NCBI GenBank assembly: GCA_965277405.1
Contig: OZ255726.1
Coordinates: forward strand, 128,001 to 192,000
DNA length: 64,000 nucleotides
Source: Gammaproteobacteria bacterium
GTDB lineage: Bacteria > Pseudomonadota > Gammaproteobacteria > G965277405
Reading direction: 5' to 3'
Position 1 is the stretch's first letter. The number at the start of each line of letters is the position of its first letter. A program made the translations under genes and the position numbers. A model generated the notes under the pieces. That model did no database searches, was not told the DNA's origin, and saw nothing but the letters and a program-made list of their open reading frames with translations. Below, one piece after another: positions 9,509 to 23,019 of the stretch.

Positions 9509-12500
9509 ATGTGGAAACACATATCGTTTAGTTTTTTGCTACTACTTACATTTTGTATTACATCTTGTAGTGATGTAGAAGTAGCTGATTCTGTTACAGA
9601 CAAACCTGTATTAACAAACGCTGCAGTTGTATTTACGAAGGGTGTTGCCATTGCTACCCCCTCAGAAATTGCTAATATTGGTGGTGCAGCTGCATTCTGC
9701 TCTGCTGTGAATATGCCTGCTAAATTAAATGTAATCCCCGCAAATGATACATGTCAAATATTTGGAACACCTGATGCCGCAACAGATAGCAATGGGGCGC
9801 TAGCTACAGTCATTGCCTATAATTCACTAGGGGTTTCTTTTGCTGATGTAACGATCAGAATTGATGTTCCATTACAACCCAACCTCCAAAATTTACAAGC
9901 GCAAGTATTAAAGTTACATTTACCTGTCCAGAACACCGAATTTGTTAACGATGGCGGCAGACATTTAACTAGCTGTGACGTCAGCCCAGCTATGCCGAGT
10001 AAGCTGGAGATAGCAATTACAGATAACCACAATTCATGCCGAATAATTGGGACACCAGAAGAACAACTAGTTGCAGAGAGCTATACAATAACTGCGACAA
10101 ATTCTATAGGCTCTAATACTGCGACTGTTGCACTAATAATACAACCAGCTAACGACGTTGATACTCCAACAGAGCGAGCAAATCTTATTAGTCCTGGGCT
10201 GCAAAATTTTCTAAAAGATGTAATGATAACAGCCGTGGACTTTGTGAACACTGGCGGCGGAGCAACAAGCTGCAACCCTACGCCACAGCTACCTGCAGGT
10301 TTGGAAATTGCGGTTGCAACCATAGCTGATACAGCAACGTGCCAGATAACAGGAACACCAACGCAGTTGCAAACTACAACCACCTACACGGTGACTGCAT
10401 CGAATAGCGGCGGCGCTAGCAGCGCAGACATCAGCATCACTGTGGACCTGCCCGCCCCACCAGTTTTAGCAAGCCCAAACCCGCTCGCTCAAATATTCGT
10501 AAAAAATAACCTGATAACAAATCCCGTGAACTTTGATAATAATGGCGGTGTTGTGACAAGCTGCGCGGTAGTAGGTGATCATAGTACAGATTGGCCACAG
10601 GGGTTAACAATTGACGAAACGACAGAAGGAGCCAGTTGCCAACTAACAGGCACGCCAACGCAGTTGCAAGTTGCAACCGCGTATACGGTGGCTGCGTCGA
10701 ATAGCGGCGGCAGCAGCAGAGCAGCTATCAGCATCACTGTCCATGATACCCCCCCAATTTTAGCCAGTCTAGCCGTTCAAGATTACACAATAGACATACA
10801 GATACCAACTGTGAACTTTGGCAACACTGGCGGTGCGGTAACAGGCTGTGATATTTCACCGCAGCTACCTGCAGGTTTGGATATTGTTGTTGCAGCCATA
10901 GCTGCTACAGCAACTTGTCAGCTAACAGGCACGCCAACGCAGTTGCAAGCTGAAACACTCTACACGGTGATTGCAGCCAACTCTGGCGGTGATAACAGTG
11001 CAGCTATAACCATCACTGTCCATGATACCCCCCCAATTTTAGCCAGTCTAGCCGCGCAAGCTTACACAAAAGACGTACAGATACTGCCCGTGCGCTTTGG
11101 CGATACAGGCGGTGCAGTAACAAGCTGCGCAGTAGTGGGTGTTACTGGTGCAGTATGGCCAGTTGGCTTAAGCGTTGCGGCAACGCCAGATGGCGCTAGT
11201 TGCCAAATATATGGAATTCCAACGCAGTTGCAAGATGCAAGCGTATATACGGTGACAGCGTCCAATACTGCTGGCGATAATAGCCGTGCTACTATCAGCA
11301 TTACTGTTAATGATACCCCCCCAATTTTGGCCAGTCTAGCCGCGCAAGATTACACAATAGACATACAGATACCAACTGTGAACTTTGGCAACACTGGCGG
11401 TGCGGTCACAAGCTGCGCAGTAGCAGCTGATAATGACGCAGCATGGCCACAGGGATTAAGCTTTGAGCCAACGCCAGACGGAGCTAGTTGCCAACTAACA
11501 GGCATGCCAACGCAGTTGCAAGCTGAAACACTCTACACAGTGACTGCAGCCAACTCTGGCGGTGATAACAGTGCAGCTATCAGCATCACTGTCCATGATA
11601 CCCCCCCCATTTTAGCCAGTCTAGCCGCGCAAGATTACACAAAAGACATACAGATACTGCCCGTGCGCTTTGGCGATACAGGCGGTGCGGTAACAAGCTG
11701 CGCAGTAGCAGCTGATAATGACGCAGCATGGCCAGTTGGCTTAAGCGTTGCGCCAACGCCAGATGGTGCTAGTTGCCAAATATCTGGAATTCCAACGCAG
11801 TTGCAAGATGCAAGCATATATACGGTGACAGCGTCCAATACTGCTGGCGGTAATAGCCGTGCTACTATCAGCATTACTGTTAATGATAGACCCCCATTGT
11901 TAGTAAGTCCAAGCCCGCAGCCATTCACCATCAACACAACGATACCAGCTGTGAATTTTATCAACATTGGCGGGGGTGTGTCAAGTTGTAATGTTGTAGC
12001 ACCGCTACCTAGTGGTTTGCAGATCGCCCCTGCAACCATCTTAGGTAAAGCAACTTGCCAACTAACAGGAAGACCAACGCAGTTGCAAATTCCAACCACC
12101 TACACGGTGACTGCATCCAATTCTGGCGGTGATAACAGTGCAGATATCAGCATCACTGTCCATGATCGCCCACCAGTGTTAGTAAGTCCAAGCCCGCAGT
12201 CATTCACCATCAATACACCGATAACCACCCCTGTGAACTTTGGCAATACTGGTGGTACGGTAACAAGTTGTGATGTTGCACCAGAGCTACCTGCAGGTTT
12301 GGATCTTGCGGCTGCAACCGTCTCAGCTATAGCAACTTGCCAACTAACAGGAAGACCAACGCAGTTGCAAATTCCAACCACCTACACGGTGACTGCATCC
12401 AATTCTGGCGGTGATAACAGTGCAGATATCAGCATCACTGTCCATGATCGCCCACCAGTGTTAGTAAGTCCAAGCCCGCAGTCATTCACCATCAATACAC

Positions 12501-15500
12501 CGATAACCACCCCTGTGAACTTTGGCAATACTGGTGGTACGGTAGCAAGTTGTGATGTTGAACCAGAGCTACCTGCAGGTTTGGATCTTGCGGCTGCAAC
12601 CGTCTCAGCTATAGCAACTTGCCAACTAACAGGAAGACCAACGCAGTTGCAAATTCCAACCACCTACACGGTGACTGCATCCAACTCTGGCGGTGATAAC
12701 AGTGCAGATATCAGCATCACTGTCCATGATCGCCCACCAGTGTTAGTAAGTCCAAGCCCGCAGTCATTCACCATCAATACACCGATAACCACCCCAGAGC
12801 TACCTGAACTTTGGCAATACTGGTGGTACGGTAGCAAGTTGTGATGTTGCACCAGAGCTACCTGCAGGTTTGGATCTTGCGGCTGCAACCGTCTCAGCTA
12901 TAGCAACTTGCCAACTAACAGGAAGACCAACGCAGTTGCAAATTCCAACCACCTACACGGTGACTGCATCCAACTCTGGCGGTGATAACAGTGCAGATAT
13001 CAGCATCACTGTCCATGATACCCCCCCAGTGTTAGTAAGTCCAAGCCCGCAGTCATTCACCATCAATACACCGATAACCACCCCTGTGAACTTTGGCAAT
13101 ACTGGTGGTGCGGTAGCAAGTTGTGATGTTGCACCAGAGCTACCTGCAGGTTTGGATCTTGCGGCTGCAACCGTCTCAGCTATAGCAACTTGCCAACTAA
13201 CAGGCACGCCAAGGCAGTTGCAAGTTGAAACACTCTATACGGTGACTGCATCGCATAGCGGCGGTAATAGCCATGCAGCTATCAGCATCACTGTGCATGA
13301 TATCCCCCCAGTGTTAGTAAGTCCAAGCCCGCAGCTATTATTCACCATCAACGCAGTGATACAAACCCCCGCGAACTTTGGCAATACTGGTGGTACAGTA
13401 ACAAGTTGTGATGTTGAACCAGAGCTACCTGCAGGTTTGGATCTTGCGGCTGCAACCATCTCAGCTATAGCAACTTGCCAACTAACAGGAAGACCAACGC
13501 AGTTGCAAATTCCAACCACCTACACGGTGACTGCTTCGAATAGCGGCGGTAATAGCAGTGCAGATATCAGCATCACTGTTAATGATAGACTCCCATTCTT
13601 AGTAAGTCCAAGCCCGCAGTCATTCACCATCAACACCGCGTTAACCCCCCCCGTGCTCTTTGGCAATACAGGCGGGCATGTAACACGCTGTGAGAAACAA
13701 CCTTATACTCTTGCATGGCCTGAGGGCTTAAGCTTTGAGCCAACGCCAGACGGTGCTAGTTGCCAAATATCAGGCACGCCAACGCAGTTGCAAAACACAA
13801 GCCGTTACGCGTTTATGGTGCATAATAGCGGCAATAGCGGCAACGGCGTAACTTTAGCCATCGCTGTGCATGATATCCCCCCAATTTTAGCCAGTCTAGC
13901 CGCGCAAGATTACACAATAGACACACAGATATCAGATGTGCTCTTTGGCAATACTGGTGGTGCGGTAACAAGCTGCGCAGTAGTCGGTGATAATAGTGCA
14001 GCATGGCCACAGGGATTAAGCTTTGCGCCAACGCCAGACAGAGCTAGTTGCCAACTAACAGGCATACCAACGCAGTTGCAAGCTGAAACACTCTACACGG
14101 TGATTGCATCCAACTCTGGCGGTGATAACAGTGCAGATATCAGCATCACTGTCCATAATATCCCCCCAGTGTTAGTAAGTCCAAGCCCGCAGTCATTCAC
14201 CATCAATACACCGATAACCACCCCCGTGAACTTTGGCAATAGTGGCGGTGCTGTGACAAGTTGTAATGTTTCACCACAGCTACCTAATGATTTGGAGCTT
14301 GTAGTTGCGGCAAATGGCCCTAGTTGCCAAATAACAGGCACACCAACGCGGTTGCAAGCTGAAACACTCTATACAGTAACTGCATCGAATAGCGGCGGCG
14401 CTAGCATTTCATCAATAAACATCGCGGTGATTGCTGCTATCCCAGTGTTAGAAAGTCCAACTCCACAGATATTAACCATAAACACAGCGATACTACCCGT
14501 GCTCTTTGGCAATATAGGCGGTGCGGTAACAAGCTGTGATGTTTCATCACAGCTACCTGCAGGTTTGGATATTGTTGTTGGAGCCATAGCTGGTAAAGCA
14601 ACTTGTCAGCTAACAGGCCCGCCAACGCAGTTGCAAACTACAACCACCTACACAGTGACTGCATCCAACTCTGGCGGTGATAACAGTGCAGATATCAGCA
14701 TCACAGTGAACGCTAATATCCCAGAACTAGCAAGCCCAAGCCCGCAGCTATTCACCATCAACACGCTGATACCAGCTGTGAATTTTAGCAACACAGGCGG
14801 TGCGGTAACAAGTTGTGATGTTTCAGCACCGCTACCTAGTGGCTTGCAGCTTGCCACCATAGCAGATACAGCAACTTGTCAGATAACAGGCACTCCAACC
14901 GCACTGCAAGCAGAACCGATAACGTATACCATCACAGCGTCGAATAGCGGCGGTGCTAGCAGAGCAGCGATAAGCATCACGGTGAATGCTAATATCCCAG
15001 AGTTAGCCAGCCCAAGCCCGCAGCTATTCACCATCAACACTTTGATACCAGTTGTGAATTTTAGCAACACAGGCGGTGTGGTAACAAGTTGTAATGTTTC
15101 ACCACAGCTACCTAGTGACTTGCAGCTGGCAGTTGCCAACATAGCAGATACAGCAACTTGTCAGCTAACAGGCACGCCAACGCAGTTGCAAGCTGCAACA
15201 CTCTACACGGTGACTGCATCCAACTCTGGCGGTGATAACAGTGCAGATATCAGCATCACTGTCCATGATCGCCCACCAGTGTTAGTAAGTCCAACCACCC
15301 CGCAAATATTCACAAAAAATATGCCGATACCAACTGTAAATTTTATCAACACTGGCGGGGATGTGACAAGTTGTAATGTTGCACCAGAGCTACCTGCAGG
15401 TTTGGATCTTACGGCTGCAACCGTCTCAGCTATAGCAACTTGCCAACTAACAGGAAGACCAACGCAGTTTCAAACTGCAAGCGTATATACAGTGACTGCG

Positions 15501-18500
15501 TATAATAGCGACGGCCGTCGTTCACTATTGGCTACACCGATAACCATCACTGTCCATGATATCTCCCCAGACTTAACTAACAAGCTCGGTCTAATATTCA
15601 ACAAAAATATCGAGATAAGAACTCCTGTGCGCTTTGATAACACAGGCGGGCATGTAACACAGTGCAATATAGTTGGGGATAATAGCGGGGATTGGCCTGC
15701 TGGATTATTTGTTATGAGAACGGCAGACCTCGCTACTTGCCAAATCCATGGCAGGCCAACGCAGCTGCAAGATGAACAAGTCTATACTGTTGCAGCCTCT
15801 AATAGCGGCGGCACTAGCAACGCCACTATCGGGATTACTGTTAATGATAGCCCCCCAGCGTTAGTAAGCCCAAGCCCGCAGACATTCACCATCGACACAC
15901 CCATAACACCCGTGATCTTTGGCAACAGTGGCGGTGCGGCGATAACACGTTGCACAGTAGTAGGTGTTACTGGTATACCATGGTCAACGGAATGGGGATT
16001 AACAGTTACTCCAACGCCAGATGGTAGTAGTTGCCAAATATCAGGATATCCAACGCAGTTACAAGAAGCCACCACCGCCACCTACGCGGTGGGTGCGTAC
16101 AACGCTGGCGGTCATAACAGCGCAGATATCAGCATCACTGTGGTTAATCCCCTCCCCCCAGTATTAGTAAGTCCAAGCCCGCAGAGATTCACCATCGGCA
16201 CAAGAATAGCACCCGTGATCTTTGGCAACAGTGGCGGTGCGGCGATACGAAGCTGCATAGTACTGAGTGTTAATGGTAGCCCATGGTCAGAGGAATTGGG
16301 ATTAAGCGTTACGCCAACAGCAAATCGCACTAGTTGCCAAATATATGGAATTCCAAGCCAGTTGCAAGAAGCCGCCACCTACGCGGTGCGTGCGGACAAC
16401 GCTGGCGGTGATAACAGCGCAGATATCCTCATCACTGTTATAGATAGTCCACCAGTATTAGATAGCAACCGCGCGCGACACTTAATTTTTGTAACCAATA
16501 CTAATAGCCGTGTGGTCATTGACTATAATGGCGGTGAGATAATAAACTGCACAACAGAGATGCGTAGTGATGCAGCATGGCCACAGGGCTTAGACGTTAC
16601 ACCAACGTATAATCGCCATGGTTGCGAAATATCTGGATGGCCAAGTCAGTGGCAAGTTGAAGAAGACTATGATGTTGTAGCGCATAATAGTGGCGGTCAT
16701 AGCAGCGCCTCTATCAGCATTACTATTCATGATTTATTACCAATATTAGCAAGTCCAAACCCGTCCGCTCAAATATTCGTACAAAATAACCCGATAACTC
16801 CTGTGCTCTTTGGCAATACAGGCGGGCGTGTAACAAACTGCGAGATAGTGGGTGATAATAGCGCAGATTGGCCACTTGGCTTAATACTTAACCCAACGCC
16901 AGACGAAGATAGTTGTCAAATAACAGGCACGCCAAGTCAGTTACAAACTGCAATACACTATACGGTTAAAGCGGATAACAGTGGGTATAATATCGAGTCT
17001 CACAGCGCCAGTATCGAAATAACTGTGGTTGATATCCCCCCAGTATTAGCAAGTCCAAGCCCGCAGCGATTCACCATGCACTATAACATAACACCAGTGC
17101 CCTTTAACAATACAGGCGGGCGTGTAACAAGCTGCGAGAAAGTCGGTGATAATAGCGCAGATTGGCCTGTTGGCTTAAACGTTGTGCCAACGCCAGATAG
17201 TAGTAGTTGCCAAATATCAGGATATGCAGCGCAGTTGCAAGAGGAGGCTACCACCTACGCGGTGACTGCGACCAACTCTGGCGGTGATAGCAGCGCAACT
17301 ATCCGCTTCACTGTTACAGATATACGCCCAGTATTAGATAGACGACGCAATCTACACTTAAATTTAGTAAGAGATCAGCCAATAATAGAAAGAAACCATG
17401 ATATAATAAGACCAGGCGATCCGGTCATTCTAAATACAAATCTCGGTGCGATAACAGACTGCACAACAGAGATGCGTAGTGGTACAGCATGGCCACTGGG
17501 CTTACGCGTTTACCCAATGCACGCTGGCAGTGGTTGCGAAATATCTGGAACGCCAACGCGGTGGCAAACTACAGCAGACTATGATGTTGTAGCGCATAAT
17601 AGTGGCGGTGATAGCCGCGCCTCTATCAGCATTACTATTCATGATATTTTCCCAAGATTAGCAAGTCCAAACCCGTCCGCACAAATATTCGTACAATACG
17701 ACCCGATAACTCCAGTGCTCTTTGGCAATACAGGCGGGCGTGTAACAAGCTGCGAGATAGTGGGTGATAATAGCGCAGCTTGGCCTGTTGGCTTAACCGT
17801 TGTGCCAACGCCACACAAAGATAGTTGTCAAGTAACAGGCACGCCAACGCAGTTACAAGCTGCAATACAATATACGGTTAAAGCGGATAACAGAGGGTTT
17901 AATGACGACCATAACAGCGCCAGTATCGAAATCACTGTGGTTGATAGCCCCCCAGTATTAGCAAGTCCAAGCCCGCAGCAATTCACCATCGACACAAGCA
18001 TAACACCCGTGCTCTTTGGCAACAGTGGCGGTGCGGCGATAACAAGCTGCGAGATAGTGGGTGATAATAGCGCAGATTGGCCTGCTGGCTTAAACGTTGC
18101 GCCAACAGCATATGGCACTAATTGCCGAATATTAGGAATTCCAAGCCAGTTGCAAGGTGCAACCACCTACACGGTGACTGCGTCCAACGCTGGCGGTGAT
18201 GGCAGCGCAGCTATCAGCATCACTGTGGTTAATCCCCCCCCCCCAGTATTAGCAAGTCCAAGCCTGCAGCTATTCACCATCCGCACAAGAATAGCAGCCG
18301 TGATCTTTGGCAACAGTGGCGGTGCGGCGGTAACAAGCTGCGAGATAGTGGGTGATAATAGCGCAGCTTGGCCTGCTGGCTTAAGCGTTGTGCCAACGGC
18401 AGGTGGCGCTAGTTGCCGAATATTTGGAACTCCACGCCAGTTGCAAGTTGCAACCACCTACACGGTGACTGCGTCCAACGCTGGCGGCCATAGCAGCGCA

Positions 18501-20891
18501 GATATCAGCCTCACTGTCCAAGGTGCAGCACCTGATTTATCATATTCGCACGGTGTAATGGCATTTTTCGCCGATTCTGTTCCTCAAACTATAAAGATTC
18601 AAAACAATGGTGGTGCTGTGACTATATGTACATCAAGGCCACCGCTACCTGCAGGTTTCGCCGTGATTGTAGCTGCAAGTGATATCGAAAACGGAGCTAA
18701 CACCTGCGCCATTACTGGCACTGCAGTCAGTCTTGGTTTAACATCAAATACTACTTATGATATTACTGGGTCAAATAACTATGTTGATGTTAGCACTGTA
18801 GCTATACAAATTTCCGTATTCAATATTCGACCGAGTATTGCTAACAAAATTGCCCAGACAATATTGACAACCCATGATACCCAAGATACGCAAGAATGGC
18901 GATTTACAAGCACTGGTTATTTTAGTACCTGTGTCTTACAACCGCCGCAACAGCTACCTATTGGTTTGAGAGTAACTGCGGAAAATGGCAGCTGTGTAAT
19001 CAAAGGATCACCAACACAAGCGGTGGCAAGAGCAGAATATACGGTTAATGGTTATATATCTAATGCGGAGGACACATTGCTTACAACAGCAACTATTTCT
19101 ATTACCACGGTTGATTCTAATTGTGACACTGGCTCACTCATTTCGGCAAAAGATAGCAACCCATTAGAAAGATATCAATGGTACTTAGATGGTAGGCAAC
19201 AAGGTCAAATTGCCATCGGCATGGATGCTAGCAAAATGGATAGTAGCATCCATTTAAACTTACAACGTGCATGGCGCACTGATGGCTGCCTCGGTCAAGG
19301 AACGTTGGTGAGCGTGGTTGATACTGGATTGCAAATAACCCACCCTGATTTAGCTGACAATATTGATCCTCGGCAAGGATATGCTTTTGCAACAGGGTCT
19401 TTTATGCAACCTAATGCCGCGACAGGAACAACCGATCCCAGCCCAATGGATACTGACGGCGACCATGGTACAGCAATAGCTGGCTTGATTGCCATGGTAG
19501 ATAATGTTATGGGTGGCTTGGGTGTCGCACCCAAAGCCAAATTGCTTGGCTTTAACAATATGGCTGCTGGTGTAAATAGAAATGCCACGTATTTACAATA
19601 TAGTATTGGCGATGCAACCCCCCCCAATGCCACTGATTCCCCTGCAGTTGACGCCGATATTGTGTATTTAGGCTATGAGCTAGCTAGTCGCCTTGATCAC
19701 ATCGGCACAATACATACCGCAGCAATTGGCAACGACGCAATACAACATCCATCTTACAACGAAATAATCATGCGCAGGATTCAAGATGGCAGAAACGGCA
19801 AAGGAGTCATTTTTGTTAAACCTGCAGGAGATTCATATATTGGTGATGGTGACGCATGCAGCCAAGCGAATGCAATAGGTACGAGCTGTGGCTTATCTGG
19901 TGATGATCCGATAGCCACCTTACCTATCATCAATGTTGCCGCAGTCAACGCCTTAGGGAAACGCTCGAGATATTCTGCTGCTGGTGCTATTTGGGTGAGT
20001 GGTCTTGGTGGCGAGCAAGGTGGTTCATCAGCTGGAAAACCTGGAATGCCCACTACAGATATAGCTTCTTGTGACAGAGGTTATAGTAAAGCAAGCAGAT
20101 CAGACCATAACTTCCAATTCCACAGTGACGATCCAATATGCAATTACACCAATACTTTCCACGGTACGCGAGCAGCGGCTGCAATTGTCAGTGGCGCGGT
20201 TGCCTTGTTACTTTCGCAACATCCAGCATTAACTATTTGGGATGTGCGTTATATATTAGCGCAAACAGCAACGAAAATTGATGACGACTACAAGGTGACT
20301 ACACATATTCATGGTATCGGCCCTTATCAATTTAGTCGGGGTTGGATTACAAATGACGCAGATCTTGATTACAGCGATTGGTATGGTTTTGGTTTAGTCA
20401 ATGTAGATGCTGCATTAGCGATGGCGAAGAGCTATTCGCAGTTGATTACCCATAGCAGAATTGAGACAGAACACTTTGAAAATGTGCTCAATGATAATGA
20501 TGATAAAACTGTACCGAATAAAAATATGGATGGTCTTAGCTCCAATGTAATGGTTGAGGTACGGAATGGACAAAATCCAATAGTTGACCATATCAACCTG
20601 TTTATTGACCTAACGGCAACAGTACTGCAAGACATAGAAATATCTTTAACATCGCCTGCTGGAACAATCTATACGGCGTATCCTGCAGGAACAGGGCACA
20701 CTCAAGCTAACCTAAATTATGATCAACCCATAGCTGTGAATGCGTTTTTTGGTGAAAAAATATCTGGTCAATGGACAATAACAGTGAAGGATTTATTTTC
20801 AAACGATGATTTTACAGAAGGAGACTATGCATACTATGATGATAATACCTTGAATAAATGGAGATTAAAATTTACATATCATTCAGATTAG
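9509..20891 (+). CDS. Giant lipoprotein: Ig-like repeat stalk, S8 subtilase-like domain and P-domain. Split in this sequence into 9509-12844 and 12870-20891 by a +7 nt lesion near 12796
   Basis: Lipobox ITSC; ~94-aa repeats with LPxGL...CQ(I/L)TGTP...YTVTASNSGG (He_PIG/putative-Ig-like); VVDTG, HGT and GTRAAA; P-domain DIEISLTSPAGT...GQWTITVKD. Confidence 0.85.
12050..13200 (+). repeat. About four near-identical 282-bp tandem units within the giant gene
   Basis: Homologous positions at 12100, 12382, 12664 and 12953 (282, 282, 282+7); boundaries approximate. Confidence 0.9.
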
Positions 20892-20899
20892 CTGATTAG

Positions 20900-21203
20900 G
20901 GAAGCTCTGATTAACTCCATGATGGGTGAGGCGGAGAAAAAACGATGATGATAACTAGACGCAGTGCTCAGATAATACTGGTGGTCTTGTGGTGGGTATT
21001 GTGGGTATTGCCAAGCGCTGCAACGACGTTAGTACCGCTTTTTTCCCGTCGTTGTGTTGAATATACTTTGGGTTTGCTGCAGCGGTACTTGCTGTGTTGC
21101 ATCCCTTGGCGTATAGCTAGGTCATGCGCTTAGCGGTTTGCGCCTTGCAATCATCAGCAATTGCAGGCAACCTCGCTCCATCAGCGACTTAATCAGCACT
21201 TCC
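20900..21203 (+). mobile_element. Full-length MITE (304 bp)
   Basis: GGAAGCTCTGATTAA ... TTAATCAGCACTTCC; flanks TTAG / CTAG. Confidence 0.92.
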
Positions 21204-21218
21204 CTAGCACAGCGCCTG

Positions 21219-22979
21219 CTAGCCACGCTGTACGAAACGTTGCGGTGAGAGTTTTGCGTATGTTGCTGCGGCTATTGGCGGCGGTATTCCGCGTATCTCA
21301 TTGGCGAGCAGCATCGCCAAATACGGCGCAAGAATGCTGCCTTTAGAACCCAGCCCTAATAGTGCATAGCTGGTGCGTTGCCCGCCAAGGCTGCCACAGA
21401 CAGGCCAATTATCATTCTGTACCTGGCGCAGATTTGACCATAATCGCACATGTGCTGGCAGTTGTATGCTCTGGTTACTGCTGGTTGCAAGTAGCTTGGC
21501 GATGTGGTCAATCTCTGCTTTATTGTCGCTGCAATCGAGGTTGTGCAAATCATAGCTTGCACCAATACAACGCTGGTTTCTGCTCGATAATGCATAGTGT
21601 TGGTCGCAATGGATAAAGTCGCTGCCTGGCTGTTGCCAATATCCAATTTGCCCGCGAATGCGCCGTCCCGCAATCTGCATCCCCCATGGCTGCCAAGCAT
21701 GGTTGACGCACAATACTACCGCGTCATACTGACTGTCATTTTCAATGCTACTGGTGTTGGTAATGCTACTGGTGTTGGTAATGCTACTGGTGTTGGTAAA
21801 GTGGCTCTGCGCAGCATGATTTGTTATTACACAAATACGCTGATGGTCGAGTAATTCGGCTACAAGGCACGGCATATTTACAACCATAGTGTCACGAAAT
21901 ACCACCGCATCATCAGTAATTTCCAGCCACGGTGTTGCGCTTTGCTGCATTTGCGACAGACGCGCCAACCATTTGCGCTGCCGTGCTGTAACAGCCAGGT
22001 AGCTACTACCAATGCAATGCACTGCAGCGGCGCTGCGTTGCAACAGCCAGCTGATGCTGTAGACATATGCTTGCCAGCGGAAAAAGGACTCTGCTGTTGC
22101 ATCCGCAACTGGTTTAAAGAATGTCACTGCATACGGGTTGGCAGAAGCGCCGTTGGCAATCGTTGCATGTTGTTCAAACACGGTCACTTGTGCGCCAGTT
22201 GCTGCAAGTTGTCGGGCAATATGCGCCCCAGCAATCCCAGCACCGACAACTGCGACGCTGTTGCAGGGTTTGGCTGCGGCTGTCTTCTTTGAAAAATATT
22301 CAGCGTAGAGCATATGGCGCTTATGCGCATATCCTTGTTTTTTGCGGACAACGAACCCTGCATCTTGTAAGTTATCAACCACATCGCGCGCGACGCTAAA
22401 CGAGACAGCAATCGCGCCATCCGCGCTTGTATTGGCTATTGCTGTGCATATTTTCTTGCTCCACATCGCCGCATTGTTGCTTGGCGCAAAGCCATCTAAA
22501 AACCATATCTGCTGGTTATGTTGGTAGCGTTGTATAGCAACATCAACATCGGCAAAGTGCAGTTGCAACCGCACTTGCGAAAAATGCAGCACCCAATCAC
22601 CTGCTAACCGTGGTGGATATACCCGCAACAGTTGCTGCGCTATGTTGTTAATTGTTGGCCATTGCTGCAGTGCTCGCTGCATCTCGGTGATAGTCAGCGG
22701 ATACCCTTCCAGACTTTCAAAAACCAATTGAATGTCTGCACGCTTAGAATCTAATACAGCCTGCCATGCGAGTAAAAAGTTAAGCCCTGTACCAAACCCT
22801 AATTCACCAATAGTAATGATGCTATGTGGTGCTGCATCGGCAAATATACGTGGCAGACCGCTATTCTCGATAAATACCGCTCGGCTTTCAGCAATACCAT
22901 TTTCACCATAATACATATCTGCAAATATTGTAGAGTGCGGAATGTTATCACTCCAACAGATATGACTTTGTGGCAACAT
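21219..22979 (-). CDS. mnmC: Bifunctional tRNA mnm5s2U34 biosynthesis protein MnmC
   Basis: ELGFGTGLNFL, WFLDGFAP and KRHML in the methyltransferase; VVGAGIAG in the FAD oxidase. Start set at MLPQSH. Confidence 0.9.
   Translation of the reverse strand: MLPQSHICWSDNIPHSTIFADMYYGENGIAESRAVFIENSGLPRIFADAAPHSIITIGELGFGTGLNFLLAWQAVLDSKRADIQLVFESLEGYPLTITEMQRALQQWPTINNIAQQLLRVYPPRLAGDWVLHFSQVRLQLHFADVDVAIQRYQHNQQIWFLDGFAPSNNAAMWSKKICTAIANTSADGAIAVSFSVARDVVDNLQDAGFVVRKKQGYAHKRHMLYAEYFSKKTAAAKPCNSVAVVGAGIAGAHIARQLAATGAQVTVFEQHATIANGASANPYAVTFFKPVADATAESFFRWQAYVYSISWLLQRSAAAVHCIGSSYLAVTARQRKWLARLSQMQQSATPWLEITDDAVVFRDTMVVNMPCLVAELLDHQRICVITNHAAQSHFTNTSSITNTSSITNTSSIENDSQYDAVVLCVNHAWQPWGMQIAGRRIRGQIGYWQQPGSDFIHCDQHYALSSRNQRCIGASYDLHNLDCSDNKAEIDHIAKLLATSSNQSIQLPAHVRLWSNLRQVQNDNWPVCGSLGGQRTSYALLGLGSKGSILAPYLAMLLANEIRGIPPPIAAATYAKLSPQRFVQRG
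21744..21797. repeat. 18-bp tandem repeat x3 encoding (TNTSSI)3 inside mnmC
   Basis: aatgctactggtgttggt x3. Confidence 0.95.
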
Positions 22980-23019
22980 CGTATGCGTCGACTGCTGGTG
23001 CTGAACAATTGGGGAGCTG

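Noticed and set aside
9817-18457. Repeated minus-strand ORFs opposite the giant gene, and other short antisense ORFs across the window
   Set aside because: Shadow frames of repetitive or real coding sequence, with no RBS or family motifs
4825-20891. Giant protein as a GlyGly-CTERM substrate of the rhombosortase-like protease
   Set aside because: Its C-terminus (KWRLKFTYHSD) has no GG motif, TM helix or basic tail; it has an N-terminal lipobox instead
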